From positions 448,001-512,000 of the forward strand of contig CAXXTB010000001.1 in NCBI GenBank assembly GCA_963676795.2: 64,000 nt of DNA, given 5' to 3'. The translations under genes and the position numbers were made by a program. The notes below the pieces were generated by a model that saw only the letters and a list, made by a program, of their open reading frames with translations, did not search any database and was not told where the DNA came from. Of this stretch, positions 32,851-43,756 are shown in pieces (the first letter of the stretch is position 1; every line of letters begins with the position of its first letter). Source of the stretch: Geopsychrobacteraceae bacterium. Its GTDB lineage: Bacteria > Desulfobacterota > Desulfuromonadia > Desulfuromonadales > Geopsychrobacteraceae.

Positions 32851-34095
32851 ATGGAAAACGGCACAGTCAAAAAGAAGAAAAGCAGCAGCTATCTACTGAT
32901 TATTCTGGTCCTGGTTATTGTCATAGCCGGTGCAGGATATTTCATCAAGACCAGGGTTATGGCCAAAGACTCAGCTGGAGAGTCTCAGCAGAGTGCAGCA
33001 GTTACGCTCGGTTCGATTGAAAACGTGGTGACAGCGACCGGAACCCTGGAGCCGGGCGATTATGTTGATGTCGGCGCCCAGGTATCGGGTCAGTTGACCA
33101 AAATCTATTTTGATGTCGGCGAATCGGTTAAAAAGGGGGATCTGCTCGCCGAGATCGATCCGACCCTGTTCAAGGCGGATGTCGATTCAACCCGCGCCCA
33201 GCTCAACTATCAGAAGGCGGAATATAAGGACTTAAGTGCCAAGCTGACGCTGGCGGAATACCAGGCCAAGCGTCAGCGCAGCATGTACGCCGACGGGGCG
33301 ACAAGCGAGGAAAACCTGAAAACGGCCGAAACCGACCTGCTCTCGGCCGAGGCACAGCTGGAGATGCTCAAAGCCCAGATCGAGCAGACCGAATCGGAGC
33401 TGGTCTCCGCCAGGACCAAGTTGAACTATGCAAGGATCTATGCACCAATGGATGGCACCGTGGTGTCGGTCAGCGCCCGTCAGGGGCAGACCCTCAACGC
33501 CAACCAGTCGACCCCGACCATTCTGCAGATTGCTGATCTGTCGGTCATGACCGTAAACACGGAGGTTTCCGAGGCCGATGTCAGCAAGCTCAAAGCCGGT
33601 ATGGATGCCTACTTCACCACCTTGGGCAGTCAGACGCAGCGCTGGTATGGCAAGGTTCAGCTGATCGAGCCGACGCCGACGGTTGAAAACAATGTCGTCC
33701 TCTACAACGCCAAGTTCGATGTCGATAACAACAGCGGGGCACTGCTGCCGCAGATGACGGCTCAGGTCTCCTTTGTCGTCGCCTCGGCAGAGAATGCCCT
33801 GATCGTGCCGGCCAGCGCGGTAAATTTCATGACCCGCCCTGGCGGCGCTAATCGCTCACAGGGGGCGGTAGGCGGCAGAGGAGGCGGCCGCCCCGGCGAG
33901 GTTCAGGTCATGCTTGCTGACAGAACAACGGAAACCCGTCAGGTCAGGACCGGTATCAGCAATCGCATCCAGATCCAGATTCTGTCCGGGCTCCAGGAGG
34001 GGGAACAGGTTATCCTCACTGCGATGAGAAGCACAGGCGCCGGTGCGAACAGCAATTCCGGTCCTCCCTTTGGCGGTATGCCGCGGATGCACTGA
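32851..34095 (+). CDS. macA: MacA-like periplasmic adaptor
   Basis: [35 protein letters not shown]. Confidence 0.9.
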   Translation: MENGTVKKKKSSSYLLIILVLVIVIAGAGYFIKTRVMAKDSAGESQQSAAVTLGSIENVVTATGTLEPGDYVDVGAQVSGQLTKIYFDVGESVKKGDLLAEIDPTLFKADVDSTRAQLNYQKAEYKDLSAKLTLAEYQAKRQRSMYADGATSEENLKTAETDLLSAEAQLEMLKAQIEQTESELVSARTKLNYARIYAPMDGTVVSVSARQGQTLNANQSTPTILQIADLSVMTVNTEVSEADVSKLKAGMDAYFTTLGSQTQRWYGKVQLIEPTPTVENNVVLYNAKFDVDNNSGALLPQMTAQVSFVVASAENALIVPASAVNFMTRPGGANRSQGAVGGRGGGRPGEVQVMLADRTTETRQVRTGISNRIQIQILSGLQEGEQVILTAMRSTGAGANSNSGPPFGGMPRMH

Positions 34096-34103
34096 GGCCG
34101 GCT

Positions 34104-36032
34104 ATGCAACCACTTATTGAGTTACGTAACATTTCGCGGGTCTATCGCAGTGGCGAGATCAATGTCATGGCCCTTGACGGGATCGATCTGACCATCTATC
34201 CGGGCGAGTTTATCGCTATCATGGGAACCTCAGGGTCGGGCAAGACGACCCTGATGAATATCCTCGGCTGCCTGGACAAGCCGACCGCCGGCAGTTACCT
34301 GTTCTTGGGACGCGATGTCTCCGGGTTTGACAGTGATGAACTGGCCCGCCTGCGCCGTGAGGAGTTCGGTTTTATCTTTCAGAGCTACAACCTGATCCGC
34401 ACCGCCAGCGCCCTGGAAAACGTCGAAGTGCCGTCGGTGTATGCCGGGGTTCCGGCAGCTGAGCGCCATGCCCGGGCGCTGCAGCTACTCAATGACTTTG
34501 GTCTCGGCAACCGTTGCGGCCACCGCCCCAATCAGCTTTCCGGTGGGCAGCAACAGCGGGTTTCGGCGGCCCGGGCGCTGATGAATGGCGGACGACTGAT
34601 CCTTGCCGACGAACCGACCGGTGCCCTTGACAGTCGCAGCGGTGAAGAGCTGATGGCAATTCTCAAGGAGTTATCAAGCAAAGGGCATACGATTATTCTG
34701 ATTACCCATGAGCGCGAGGTGGCTGAATATGCCGACCGGATCATCGAGATCAGGGATGGTCATATCACCGCCGATCCGGGTAGCCAGAAATGGCGCGAGG
34801 GGGAACTGGAAGGCAGCTTTATCGGCAGCGCGGATGAATCCTATCTGGGGGAGCTGGGGGAAGCAGGCAAGACTGCATATCGGGCGCTGCGCAGTAATAT
34901 CTTCCGCACCATTCTGACCCTGCTGGGAATTGTCATCGGGGTTGCCTCGGTCATTTCCATGCTGGCCATCGGCGACGGCGCCAAGCAGGCGGTTGTCGAC
35001 CGGATCAGCGCCATGGGTAGCAACCTGGTCAATATTCGCCCCGGTGCCCCGAACATGCGTGGTCGGTCTGATGTCGCGACCCTGGTGCCGGCCGATGTGA
35101 CGGCGATAAATGAGCTGGATAACGTCATCGCCGCGGTCCCGGAACAGGAGAGCAGTGTCACCGTCCGTTACAGCGGTTCCGACAAGCGCACTTCGATGAA
35201 CAGTACCTCGCATGCTTATCTCACCGCCCGTCAGCTGAAGATGGCCTCCGGAGTTTTTTTCACTGAGGATGATGAACGCAGTTACGCGACTGTTGCGGTG
35301 CTGGGGAAAACCGTTGTTGAGGCCCTGTTTCCCTTTGAGGACCCGATCGGCAAGCTGATCCTGGTCAACAATATCCCATTTCAGGTGATCGGCGTGGTCA
35401 AGTCGCTCGGTGCCGGGTTCGGCGGCCGCGACCAGGACGATATCCTTTTTGTCCCCTATTCGACCGGTAGCCTGCGTATCAGCGGGCAGAACTACCTGCG
35501 TAACGTCACCGTCGCCGTCGAGAACACCGATATTATCAATGACACCCAGGAAGCGATCCGCAGCCTGCTGATTCAGCGCCATGGGGTTGAGGATTTTCAG
35601 ATCCGCAATATGACCTCGATTATCGAGAGCGTCTCCGAAACCCAGAATACCATGACCATCCTGCTCGGTTCGATCGCTGCCATCTCCCTGCTGGTCGGTG
35701 GCATCGGGGTTATGAACATTATGCTCGTCAGCGTCACCGAGCGGACCCGGGAGATCGGTATCCGCATGGCAGCTGGTGCGAGGATGCGCAACATCATGCA
35801 GCAGTTTCTGATTGAAGCGCTGGTTGTCTCGGCGCTGGGCGGGGTGATCGGGGTCATCGGCGGGCTCGGCGTTGCCACCCTGCTGCAGATGTACGGAACA
35901 CCGATCAAGTTCGCCGTACTGCCGGTCGTCGGTGCCTTTGCCTGCTCCTTTGCGACCGGGTTGATCTTTGGCTACCTGCCGGCCCGCAAGGCTGCTCGGC
36001 TCGACCCGGTCGCGGCACTGGCATCGGAATAA
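34104..36032 (+). CDS. macB: MacB-like fused ABC ATPase/permease
   Basis: [39 protein letters not shown]. Confidence 0.93.
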   Translation: MQPLIELRNISRVYRSGEINVMALDGIDLTIYPGEFIAIMGTSGSGKTTLMNILGCLDKPTAGSYLFLGRDVSGFDSDELARLRREEFGFIFQSYNLIRTASALENVEVPSVYAGVPAAERHARALQLLNDFGLGNRCGHRPNQLSGGQQQRVSAARALMNGGRLILADEPTGALDSRSGEELMAILKELSSKGHTIILITHEREVAEYADRIIEIRDGHITADPGSQKWREGELEGSFIGSADESYLGELGEAGKTAYRALRSNIFRTILTLLGIVIGVASVISMLAIGDGAKQAVVDRISAMGSNLVNIRPGAPNMRGRSDVATLVPADVTAINELDNVIAAVPEQESSVTVRYSGSDKRTSMNSTSHAYLTARQLKMASGVFFTEDDERSYATVAVLGKTVVEALFPFEDPIGKLILVNNIPFQVIGVVKSLGAGFGGRDQDDILFVPYSTGSLRISGQNYLRNVTVAVENTDIINDTQEAIRSLLIQRHGVEDFQIRNMTSIIESVSETQNTMTILLGSIAAISLLVGGIGVMNIMLVSVTERTREIGIRMAAGARMRNIMQQFLIEALVVSALGGVIGVIGGLGVATLLQMYGTPIKFAVLPVVGAFACSFATGLIFGYLPARKAARLDPVAALASE

Positions 36033-36038
36033 GGAAGA

Positions 36039-37457
36039 ATGAAGATGAACAGATATATCCGACTATCTCTACTTGCTGTTGTTCTGCTGCTAAGTGGTTG
36101 TGCCGCTGCGACAGCGCCGCTTGAACCTCTTGAGAATCTGCCGCAGCAGTGGCAGCAGGCAGAACCGCAGAGCGCTGCAGCAATCGATCCCGAGTGGTGG
36201 CGGCAGTTCGGCTCCAACGAGCTGGAAGGTCTGATCGAACAGGCGCTGGCCAACAGCCCCGATCTGGCAGCAACGGCTGAAAGCGTGATTCAGGCCGGGT
36301 TGGTGCTGCGCAACAGCGGTGCGACGCTGCTGCCGAGCGTCTCGGCAAGCGGGGCAAGTTCATGGGGGAGGAGCTACGATCATGGCGCAGAGGTTTGGAA
36401 TGATCCCAGTCGTTCGAGCTCAGTGGGGCTCAAGGTCTCTTACGAGGTCGATCTGTGGGGCAAGCTGGCGGCGCAGCGGCAGAGCTCAGCTGCTAGCTAT
36501 GACGCTGTGCGCTTCGATTTCGATGCCGCCCGCCTGACCCTGGTGTCCAGTGTTGCCCAGAACTACTTCGAGTACCTCTGCCTCAACGAACGACTTGTCT
36601 ATGCGCGTAATAATCTGGAGATCGCTGAAGGGATTCTCAGGATCGTCGAGTCGCGCTGGCGGAACGGCGAAGTCACCGAGCTCGATGTGGTCCAGCAGCG
36701 GACAACGGTCACATCTCAACAGTCAAGCGTCCTCAGCCTCGAAGTGCAGATTCGGCAGACCAGAAACGCACTGGCCGTGCTGACCGGTTCCTTCCCCCAG
36801 GATTTTGCGGTTGCCGCCTCCGGTTTTTCCAATCTGCTTACACCCAGCATTACCACCGGTGTGCCATCGGAGCTTCTGCTGCGCCGGCCTGATCTTGCCG
36901 CCGCCGAAGCTGATCTGATCGCCGCTGACGCCGACATCAGGGCTGCGCGGGCCGAACTCTTTCCGTCATTCAGCCTTTCGGCGTCGGCCTCCATGGGTTC
37001 TGCCGTACTTCTGTCGCTGACCGATCCGACCAGCAGTCTCTCTCTGGCAGGTTCGCTGGCCCAGACCCTGTTTGACGGCGGCAGCAGAAGGAACCAGATC
37101 AAGATCTCCGAATCGAAGCAGCGTGCTCTGATCGAAAACTATCGCCAGGCGGTACTGACCGCGTTCCAGGAGGTCGAAGATGCGCTGCTGGCGGAGAGCT
37201 TTGCCGTCAAACAGGCAGAGTTGCAGGAGCAGACCGTCGCCAGTGCCCGCCGGACCCTGGAGTTGTCACAGGTTCAGTACAAAAACGGCGTTGCAGATCT
37301 GAACACGGTCTTAACTGCCCAGCAGAGCAAAAATCAGGCGGATGACGAACTGCTGCAACTGCGCCTTGAGCGTTTGACCAACCTGGTTACCCTCTACAAG
37401 GTGCTGGGTGGCGGTTGGGAACGTCAGCAGGCTGCTACCGGCCCGGATCACAAATAA
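36039..37457 (+). CDS. Outer membrane efflux lipoprotein (NodT/OprM family)
   Basis: Lipobox LSGC, WWRQF, YEVDLWG, PSELLLRRPDL, LYKVLGGGW. Confidence 0.92.
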   Translation: MKMNRYIRLSLLAVVLLLSGCAAATAPLEPLENLPQQWQQAEPQSAAAIDPEWWRQFGSNELEGLIEQALANSPDLAATAESVIQAGLVLRNSGATLLPSVSASGASSWGRSYDHGAEVWNDPSRSSSVGLKVSYEVDLWGKLAAQRQSSAASYDAVRFDFDAARLTLVSSVAQNYFEYLCLNERLVYARNNLEIAEGILRIVESRWRNGEVTELDVVQQRTTVTSQQSSVLSLEVQIRQTRNALAVLTGSFPQDFAVAASGFSNLLTPSITTGVPSELLLRRPDLAAAEADLIAADADIRAARAELFPSFSLSASASMGSAVLLSLTDPTSSLSLAGSLAQTLFDGGSRRNQIKISESKQRALIENYRQAVLTAFQEVEDALLAESFAVKQAELQEQTVASARRTLELSQVQYKNGVADLNTVLTAQQSKNQADDELLQLRLERLTNLVTLYKVLGGGWERQQAATGPDHK

Positions 37458-37499
37458 ACAGCTGCTAAAATGAAAACCATTATCAAAAAGCGCGGTATC

Positions 37500-37515
37500 T
37501 GTGATTCAAATCACG
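37500..37515. promoter_or_regulatory. CRP/FNR-family-like box
   Basis: TGTGA-ttcaaa-TCACG about 120 nt upstream of the small Cys-rich ORF. Confidence 0.45.
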
Positions 37516-37634
37516 GACATTTCTTCCCGGATCCTCCATCTTTACGACGGACATTGTTCAGAGCTCGTTGATGGGCCTATGCGGCAACCTGTGAGTCTCT
37601 GTTCAACATTAATAGACTGTACAGGAGAGGTGAA

Positions 37635-37727
37635 ATGCGAAGCGGATTGACAAAACCGGGCGGGTGTGGATGTGGCGGCGGTGGCTGCCAAAGCGGCGGC
37701 TGCGGCAATTGCAGTTGCGGCAAATAA
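37635..37727 (+). CDS. 30-aa Cys/Gly-rich peptide (MRSGLTKPGGCGCGGGGCQSGGCGNCSCGK)
   Basis: Not in the ORF track; RBS aggagaggtg, ATG...TAA, six Cys, terminator about 20 nt downstream. Confidence 0.7.
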   Translation: MRSGLTKPGGCGCGGGGCQSGGCGNCSCGK

Positions 37728-37748
37728 ATAATTGACTGAAAATGCGAA

Positions 37749-37793
37749 GAGAGAAGAGGAGTTGACCCGCCAGGTCAGCTCCTCTTCTCTTTT
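37749..37793 (+). terminator. Intrinsic terminator
   Basis: agagaagaggagttgacc-cgcca-ggtcagctcctcttctctttt. Confidence 0.85.
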
Positions 37794-38021
37794 GTTCCCT
37801 GACTTTTGGGGAAATTACAAGCTGAACCTCTGTTGGTAGGCAAATGGTTCCTGCGCTTTAACAGATACATGAAGGGAATCTGTGATGCTGTGATCTGCTC
37901 GCTGCTGACGACCTTGAGTTTGTAGCCGAGATTGAGGTTGGCGTAAAATACCTCCTGGTCAGGCAGGTTCCGTTGCCGAAAAACTGCCTGAGCAGGCGTT
38001 TGTCAAGAAAGGATAAGACTG

Positions 38022-38981
38022 CTATTGAAGCCCGGCAAGCAGGTTATCAGCCATCTGTTGCAGAAGGATGAAATAACTCTCTGGTCCGGCCTTGAGTGAT
38101 GCGCCGAGAGGATCGAGGACGCCACTTTTGGCCTGGGTCTTTTCGATCAGGGTTTTGATCATACGGGGCTGAAATTGCGGTTCGGCGAAAACGCAGCGCG
38201 CCTTGAGGGTGACAATCTTGTCACGCAGCTCGGAGATTCTTTTGGCCCCCGGTTGCTGTTCTGGGCTGACGGTGATTGAGCCGATGGCCGTCAGTCTGTA
38301 GCTTTTTTCAAAATACTGATAAGCGTCATGGAAGACAATGAACGGAACTTGCCGAACCGGGGCCAGCTGCGCGTCTAATTTCGCATCGAGCTGCTCCAGA
38401 CGCTGACGAAGCTGGTGGGCATTGTTCTGATACTGTAGCTGGTGGGCCGCGTCGATCCGGCTGAGGGTTTGTTCCACGGCAGAGACGATTTCAGTGGCCA
38501 TTTTGGGTGACAACCAGAGATGCGGGTCCCGACGCAATTCTGCGTCGTGGTCGTGGTCGTGATCGGCATCAGCATCGGCATCAGGTCTGTGACTATGGGC
38601 ATCCCAGCTGCCCCCCTCGCGCACGGCCAGCATGAGCCCCTGCAGCTCATCCATCAGCTCCAGGCTGTGGGCATTTCCGGACAGATTCGCGACCGGTTTG
38701 ACGAGAAATGATTCCATGGTGTGGCCAACCCAGATAATCAGGTCGGCCTTCTGCAGCATCCGCGCATCCGAAGGCTTCAGTGCGTAGCTGTGCGGGGATT
38801 CTCCCCCTTCGAGCAGCAGGGCGGGCTCGCCTATCCCCTGCATGACCCCGGCGACCAGAGAGTGGATCGGTTTGATGCTGACCACGACCCTTGGCGCGGT
38901 GTCGGCGGCCAGGGCAGTTCCGGTCACCAGAAGGAGTAAAGATAGCAATACTGTTGTGACTTGCAGGGGGATACGCAACAT
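38022..38981 (-). CDS. znuA: Zinc ABC transporter substrate-binding protein
   Basis: SIKPIHSL, SPHSYALKPSD, His/Asp loop, DPHLWLSP, FHDAYQYFE, LDPLG. Confidence 0.92.
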   Translation of the reverse strand: MLRIPLQVTTVLLSLLLLVTGTALAADTAPRVVVSIKPIHSLVAGVMQGIGEPALLLEGGESPHSYALKPSDARMLQKADLIIWVGHTMESFLVKPVANLSGNAHSLELMDELQGLMLAVREGGSWDAHSHRPDADADADHDHDHDAELRRDPHLWLSPKMATEIVSAVEQTLSRIDAAHQLQYQNNAHQLRQRLEQLDAKLDAQLAPVRQVPFIVFHDAYQYFEKSYRLTAIGSITVSPEQQPGAKRISELRDKIVTLKARCVFAEPQFQPRMIKTLIEKTQAKSGVLDPLGASLKAGPESYFILLQQMADNLLAGLQ

Positions 38982-39022
38982 ATTCGGTCTCCTGTATTTA
39001 TGGATGTTGATTTTTGTTTTAG

Positions 39023-39040
39023 GGATGTTATAACATAACT
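39023..39040. promoter_or_regulatory. Zur box
   Basis: gATGTTATAACATAAC about 45 nt upstream of znuA, matching the proteobacterial Zur pattern. Confidence 0.75.
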
Positions 39041-39251
39041 TTTGCGGCTCCTGTCAACATCCGCCATAGATCATCGGCAAACGGATTGAGGTCGTCCTTC
39101 TTCAGAAAGAGTTTTTTTTGAGTAAGCTGATGGGGAGGGCGAAATTCCGTTGTGCTTATGGCGGTTTCTGCCTCAGTCAGGGGATGGGATAATCTGGCGC
39201 CGGTCCGAGTCATTGGGCCGGCGCCAGGTGGTGTGTCAGTTCTGCGAAGGG

Positions 39252-39725
39252 CTAGTCTTTCTTGATCTTTTCTGACAGATAGTTCTGCAGGCCCATCTGG
39301 TCGATCTGATCCTGTTCGGCCTCGATCCAGTCAAGGTGCTCTTCTTCTTCCCTGAGAATCTGCTCAAGAATGATCTTTGTTCCGTGGTCGTTGAGTCTGG
39401 TGCAGAGTTCAACCGATTTGTTGTAGTTGTCGATGGCGACCTTCTCGGCCTGCCAGTCGACCTTGTGCATCTCGGCGATCTCCTTGCCGATGTGAATCTC
39501 TGCCAGATTCGAGACGATCGGGCGGCCGTCAAGGTAGAGGATCCGTTCAATCAGTTTCTCGGCATGCTTCATTTCGTCAATAGAACGTTTCTTCATGAGT
39601 GTATGCAGGTGACTGTAACCCCAGTCTTCTGCCATTTCGCAATGTAGAAAATACTGGTTGACGGCAGCAAGTTCCTCGGAGAGGAGTTCGTTCAGGGTGT
39701 CGATAATCTCCTGATGACCTTTCAT
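39252..39725 (-). CDS. bfr: Bacterioferritin
   Basis: MKG, EELAAVNQYFLH, SIDEMKHA (haem Met), EEEHLDW. Confidence 0.96.
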   Translation of the reverse strand: MKGHQEIIDTLNELLSEELAAVNQYFLHCEMAEDWGYSHLHTLMKKRSIDEMKHAEKLIERILYLDGRPIVSNLAEIHIGKEIAEMHKVDWQAEKVAIDNYNKSVELCTRLNDHGTKIILEQILREEEEHLDWIEAEQDQIDQMGLQNYLSEKIKKD

Positions 39726-40068
39726 ATGCGGTTCCTCCTGGAAAAATGTGAGATTTCAGTTGCACTCTAAGCTGCAAGAGCGGAAGTTAATTATATCAGA
39801 CAATTTCCAGTATGCCCTGATCGATCGCATCCCTGGTAACAGCAAAAAGAATGACGCAGCGAGGGCGGCCCGTGAAATAAGGGGAAGAAAAAATTGATCC
39901 GGTTATCCTGGCCGCAATGGGGGTATCATTGACGAGGCCAATGAAATCGCCGGATCCGCGGATTTGACGATCAGTGACAGCCTCAGTCGGTCGGTTGCGC
40001 TTGAGATTGGTTTGCTTGAGTCACCCTGACTTTTGTTTGCTCTAAGATAAGACGGTTGATGAAGTGTT

Positions 40069-40542
40069 ATGGATAAAAAGACTGAAAACGATATCGAGAA
40101 AGAACTGCGTCAGCAGCAGAGATTTACCGTTGCCGGAGCCATCGGCAGGGCCGGAAAAGGGCTGATGAAGGGGGCCTCGCCGATCTCGCTTCAGGAGCAG
40201 GCGCGCAAGGTGCTGCAGGAATGGATCCAGCGCCATGTCCCCGATCCCTCAGGGGCCCTGAAAGAGATTCTCAGGCGCAGGGTCAAGGCAGTCCCGCTTC
40301 CGGACGACATCGATCCGCAAAGGCCCTATGCCGTTTTGGTTGAGCTGATCGAAAAGATCCTGGCCAGCGAATACCAGCTCAAGGAACTCGTCCGTCAGGT
40401 CGATATCCGCTGGGGAGAGCTCTACCAGGAGCGCCCCCGCTTTGAAAGGGAAGGGCAGGAGCCCGACCCGGATGATGAATATACCTTTGACTCGGTGCGG
40501 CGGATATTGAACCAGTTGCTGGAAAATTTGCGAGCGAGTTAA
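40069..40542 (+). CDS. Hypothetical protein
   Basis: 157-aa ORF with coding-like composition; no recognised domain. Confidence 0.7.
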   Translation: MDKKTENDIEKELRQQQRFTVAGAIGRAGKGLMKGASPISLQEQARKVLQEWIQRHVPDPSGALKEILRRRVKAVPLPDDIDPQRPYAVLVELIEKILASEYQLKELVRQVDIRWGELYQERPRFEREGQEPDPDDEYTFDSVRRILNQLLENLRAS

Positions 40543-40545
40543 ACC

Positions 40546-41412
40546 TCAGTCTGAGCTTTTCCCCATATCCTTCTGCATCGTTTTTCTCAGCTCGTGGGCA
40601 ATCGGTCCCACATAGCCGCGGTTGATGGTGAAGCCGTCAACCTTGACCACCGGCATGATTTCCAGCGAGGTCGAGGTGATGAACACCTCATCGGCGAATT
40701 TGAGGTCCTGCAGCTTGAACTCACCGGCAATCACCCTCAGGTTCAACTGTTCTTCACACAGACGCATGACCGTGGCGCGGGTCACCCCTTCGAGCAGGCC
40801 GGTCGAGACGTCGGGGGTGAAGACCCAGTGCCCCTTGGTCCAGAAGATGTTGGACGAGGCCCCTTCGCAGATGTGATCCCGATTGTTGAGCATAATGACT
40901 TCGAAAGCGCCGGCTTGCCTGGCCTCTAACTTGCCGAGCAAACTGTTGAGGTTACTGATCGACTTGATCTTGGGACTGATCGCTTCCGGGGCGTTGCGCC
41001 GGGTCTGGGCCAGATGGAGTTCGATCCCCTTTTCGTAGTGTTCCTCGGCAAAGCCGCTGAACTGGCGGGCCATGATCAGGCAGGTCAGGTTGTCCGAGCT
41101 TTTGCGCACAAAGCCGATTTCTCCCGGCCCGCGGGTGATGGTGATGCGGAAGTAGGCGTCCGTCAGGCCGTTCTTCTCCTGCAGTTGATAGAGAATCTCT
41201 TCGAGTTGCTGCTGGCTGAATTTCAGCGGATAGTTGAGCGCCTGTGCCGACTGACGCAGACGCTGGAAGTGTAGCTCAAACTGATAAAGCCTGCCGTCAT
41301 GGGAACGGAAGCTCTCAAAGATGCCGTCACCGTAGAGAAAACCCTGGTCATAGACCGAGACCGTGGCCTGGCTGCTGTCGATAAACTTACCGTTGAGATA
41401 GACATAGTTCAT
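40546..41412 (-). CDS. Class IV PLP aminotransferase (IlvE/PabC/D-amino acid family)
   Basis: DQGFLYGDGIFESFR, IKS, EGASSNIF, LEGVTR, ADEVFITST. Confidence 0.9.
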   Translation of the reverse strand: MNYVYLNGKFIDSSQATVSVYDQGFLYGDGIFESFRSHDGRLYQFELHFQRLRQSAQALNYPLKFSQQQLEEILYQLQEKNGLTDAYFRITITRGPGEIGFVRKSSDNLTCLIMARQFSGFAEEHYEKGIELHLAQTRRNAPEAISPKIKSISNLNSLLGKLEARQAGAFEVIMLNNRDHICEGASSNIFWTKGHWVFTPDVSTGLLEGVTRATVMRLCEEQLNLRVIAGEFKLQDLKFADEVFITSTSLEIMPVVKVDGFTINRGYVGPIAHELRKTMQKDMGKSSD

Positions 41413-41440
41413 TCCCGGTCCTCCTGCCTGGTTGAGGTTT

Positions 41441-42271
41441 CTATAGGAATAATAACAGGCTCAATGCCATCAGCGCCATGCCGGCAACCAGGCCGATAAT
41501 GGTCAGGTGGTGTTTGCCGAATTCTTCGGCCGATGGCAGCAGTTCGTCGATGGAGATGAAGACCATGATCCCGGCAACTGCGGCGAACAGGATACCGAAG
41601 ATGGTTGGGGTGAAAAACGGCATCAGTAACAGGTACCCGACGATGGCGCCGATCGGTTCGGCGACGCCGGAAAGAAACGACAGGCCAAAGGCCCGTTTGC
41701 GGCTGCCGGTCGCATAGTAGATCGGGACTGAAACGGCGATCCCTTCCGGGATGTTGTGCAGGGCGACAGCCACCGCAATGGCCAGACCCAAATGCGGATC
41801 GGTCAGGGCAGCGGTGAAGGTGGCCAGTCCTTCCGGGAAGTTGTGGATGCCTATGGCCAGGGCGGTGAACAGCCCCATGCGGCGCAATTTGGCAAAATCG
41901 TGCGAGCTGTCGTGCGGCAGGTTCTTCAGTCCGACACCGATCTCTTCGATGGAATGAAGTTCGTGGGGATTTTCGTAATTGGGAACCAGCCAGTCGATCA
42001 GGGCGATAACCGCGATACCGCCGAAAAAGGCCAGCACCGTGACCCAGGTTCCCTGCACATCACCAAGTGAGGCCGTCAGTTCGCTGCGGGCTTTGGCGAA
42101 GATCTCAACAAAGGAGACATAGAGCATGACCCCGGCGGAGAAGCCGAGGGCGATCGACAGAAAGCGGGTGTTGGTCCGGCGGGTAAAAAATGCCATGGCA
42201 CTGCCGATACCGGTGGAAAGACCGGCAAACAGGGTCAGCCCGAAGGCGTACATGACAGTATGTGAATCCAT
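41441..42271 (-). CDS. zupT: ZIP family zinc transporter
   Basis: [31 protein letters not shown]. Confidence 0.93.
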   Translation of the reverse strand: MDSHTVMYAFGLTLFAGLSTGIGSAMAFFTRRTNTRFLSIALGFSAGVMLYVSFVEIFAKARSELTASLGDVQGTWVTVLAFFGGIAVIALIDWLVPNYENPHELHSIEEIGVGLKNLPHDSSHDFAKLRRMGLFTALAIGIHNFPEGLATFTAALTDPHLGLAIAVAVALHNIPEGIAVSVPIYYATGSRKRAFGLSFLSGVAEPIGAIVGYLLLMPFFTPTIFGILFAAVAGIMVFISIDELLPSAEEFGKHHLTIIGLVAGMALMALSLLLFL

Positions 42272-42381
42272 TGCAGTATTTCCTTTTAAGTGTGGTTAAT
42301 GGAGCCGTCTCAAGGCGTAAAGATAGCATAGATTGCTATAAACATACGCCTATGGAATGTTGTTTAGCGAGAGGAAGGATA

Positions 42382-43161
42382 TCAATTTTTTAAGACTGCA
42401 GGCTGACGGCCGTTGTTGAACTGCCCCTGGAAATAGGCGATCCGGTAGCTGACGGGAATCCCTTTTTCCGTTGCATAACGGGATTGATAGGTTTCGATGA
42501 ATCGTTGCAGCTGTCTGCGCCCGCTGAAGCTTTTTGCGCCGCTAAAGGTCGCCCCGGTGGCTTTCTGCATCTGAAGAAAACTGATCACATCGGGAAAGTG
42601 GAGGCTCAGAGTTTCCGCCTGCATCGAAACAGTAAAGCGTTTGTCCCGGGACAGGATGGATAAGATGTCTTCCTCGCCCGGCAGGGGATAGGTGTGGCCG
42701 AAATCGCATGATTGGCATACTTCAGTCATTTCCGTGAAGGTTCCGCGGCAGAACAGGGAGAAGTAGAACTGCCCGCCCGGACGCAGGCAGTCGAGTAGCT
42801 GCGGTAAAGAATGCTGCGGATTTCTGAACCACTGCAGACTGGATGAGCTGACCAGCAGATCGACGCTCTGGTTGCGCAGTGGCAGCGCCTCGGCATCAGC
42901 CTGGATACGCAGGTCGGCGATGTGCGCTTGTAATTTCTGCAGCGGGGAGTAGGCGATATCAAGGGCAATCAACTGATCGGTCACGACCTGCTCGCGGAGC
43001 TTTTCGCTGAACAGTCCGTCGCCACAGCCGATTTCGAGGGTCAGGGGATAGTGATCAGGCGCTATCATCTGCACAAGACGTTCAGCGACCGTATTCTGAA
43101 TGGTGGCTGCCTGGCGGTAGCTGAATACCGCCCGTTCGAAATGGCTTTTAATTGCAGTCAT
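42382..43161 (-). CDS. bioC: Malonyl-ACP O-methyltransferase
   Basis: LEIGCGDG, ADAEALP, SSSLQW; last gene of the bio operon. Confidence 0.85.
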   Translation of the reverse strand: MTAIKSHFERAVFSYRQAATIQNTVAERLVQMIAPDHYPLTLEIGCGDGLFSEKLREQVVTDQLIALDIAYSPLQKLQAHIADLRIQADAEALPLRNQSVDLLVSSSSLQWFRNPQHSLPQLLDCLRPGGQFYFSLFCRGTFTEMTEVCQSCDFGHTYPLPGEEDILSILSRDKRFTVSMQAETLSLHFPDVISFLQMQKATGATFSGAKSFSGRRQLQRFIETYQSRYATEKGIPVSYRIAYFQGQFNNGRQPAVLKN

Positions 43162-43756
43162 TGGCGATCAGACTCAGAAGCCGTGCTTCCGGGATCATAT
43201 GTGAACTCTGGATTTCTTTCATCCGTACTGTCGGCAGGGCCGCCATGACTGCAGTGAATGCGGTCACGCTGACCACCTGATCCTCCGTACAGCGCACCAG
43301 TATCAGGTGGTCAGCGACAGGTAAGGGTGGGGTGACTACTGAGCTGGCAAGATAATCAAGGCCGGCGCTGAGATTGTTTCGTTGCTCTGGTGTCAGTTGT
43401 GGACAAGCGGCCTCATGGCCGCAAAGTTTCCAGAAATCACTGACCGTCGCTTCAGCTTCTTGCTGCAGGCGCAGTTTCATCCTTTTGACAACGCGGGGTG
43501 AAACAGAGTCGCTGAAGGCCAGGAACGGGGCGATAAGGAGGATGCGGGAAAATACCTGTTGTGCCTGCTCCAGGTGATTCAGCACCAGGTGGGCGCCGGT
43601 TGACCAGCCGACCAGGGTATCGCCCCCTGCAGCAATGGCCTCACGTACCTCAGCGCTGGTGTTGTGAAGAAATGGCGAGACAAAGCGGCTGCTGGCGGCA
43701 AGTTGCGGGTAGAGCTCGGGACAGCCAGCCCAGCCCGAAATAAAGGTTAGCCGCAT
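43148..43756 (-). CDS. Alpha/beta hydrolase, probable pimeloyl-ACP methyl ester esterase
   Basis: SGWA, GWSTG nucleophile elbow, D and H near the C-terminus; between bioF and bioC. Confidence 0.7.
   Translation of the reverse strand: MRLTFISGWAGCPELYPQLAASSRFVSPFLHNTSAEVREAIAAGGDTLVGWSTGAHLVLNHLEQAQQVFSRILLIAPFLAFSDSVSPRVVKRMKLRLQQEAEATVSDFWKLCGHEAACPQLTPEQRNNLSAGLDYLASSVVTPPLPVADHLILVRCTEDQVVSVTAFTAVMAALPTVRMKEIQSSHMIPEARLLSLIANDCN

Noticed and set aside
37553..37605. Faint SAM-riboswitch-like words (cagag...ggcc.atg.cggcaacc)
   Set aside because: P2 spacing and the downstream GGTGC partner are missing; an Infernal search would settle it
37800..38000. Minus-strand frame containing EVFYANLNLGYK, like a beta-barrel C-terminus
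   Set aside because: No start codon or RBS in place, and too short to call a pseudogene
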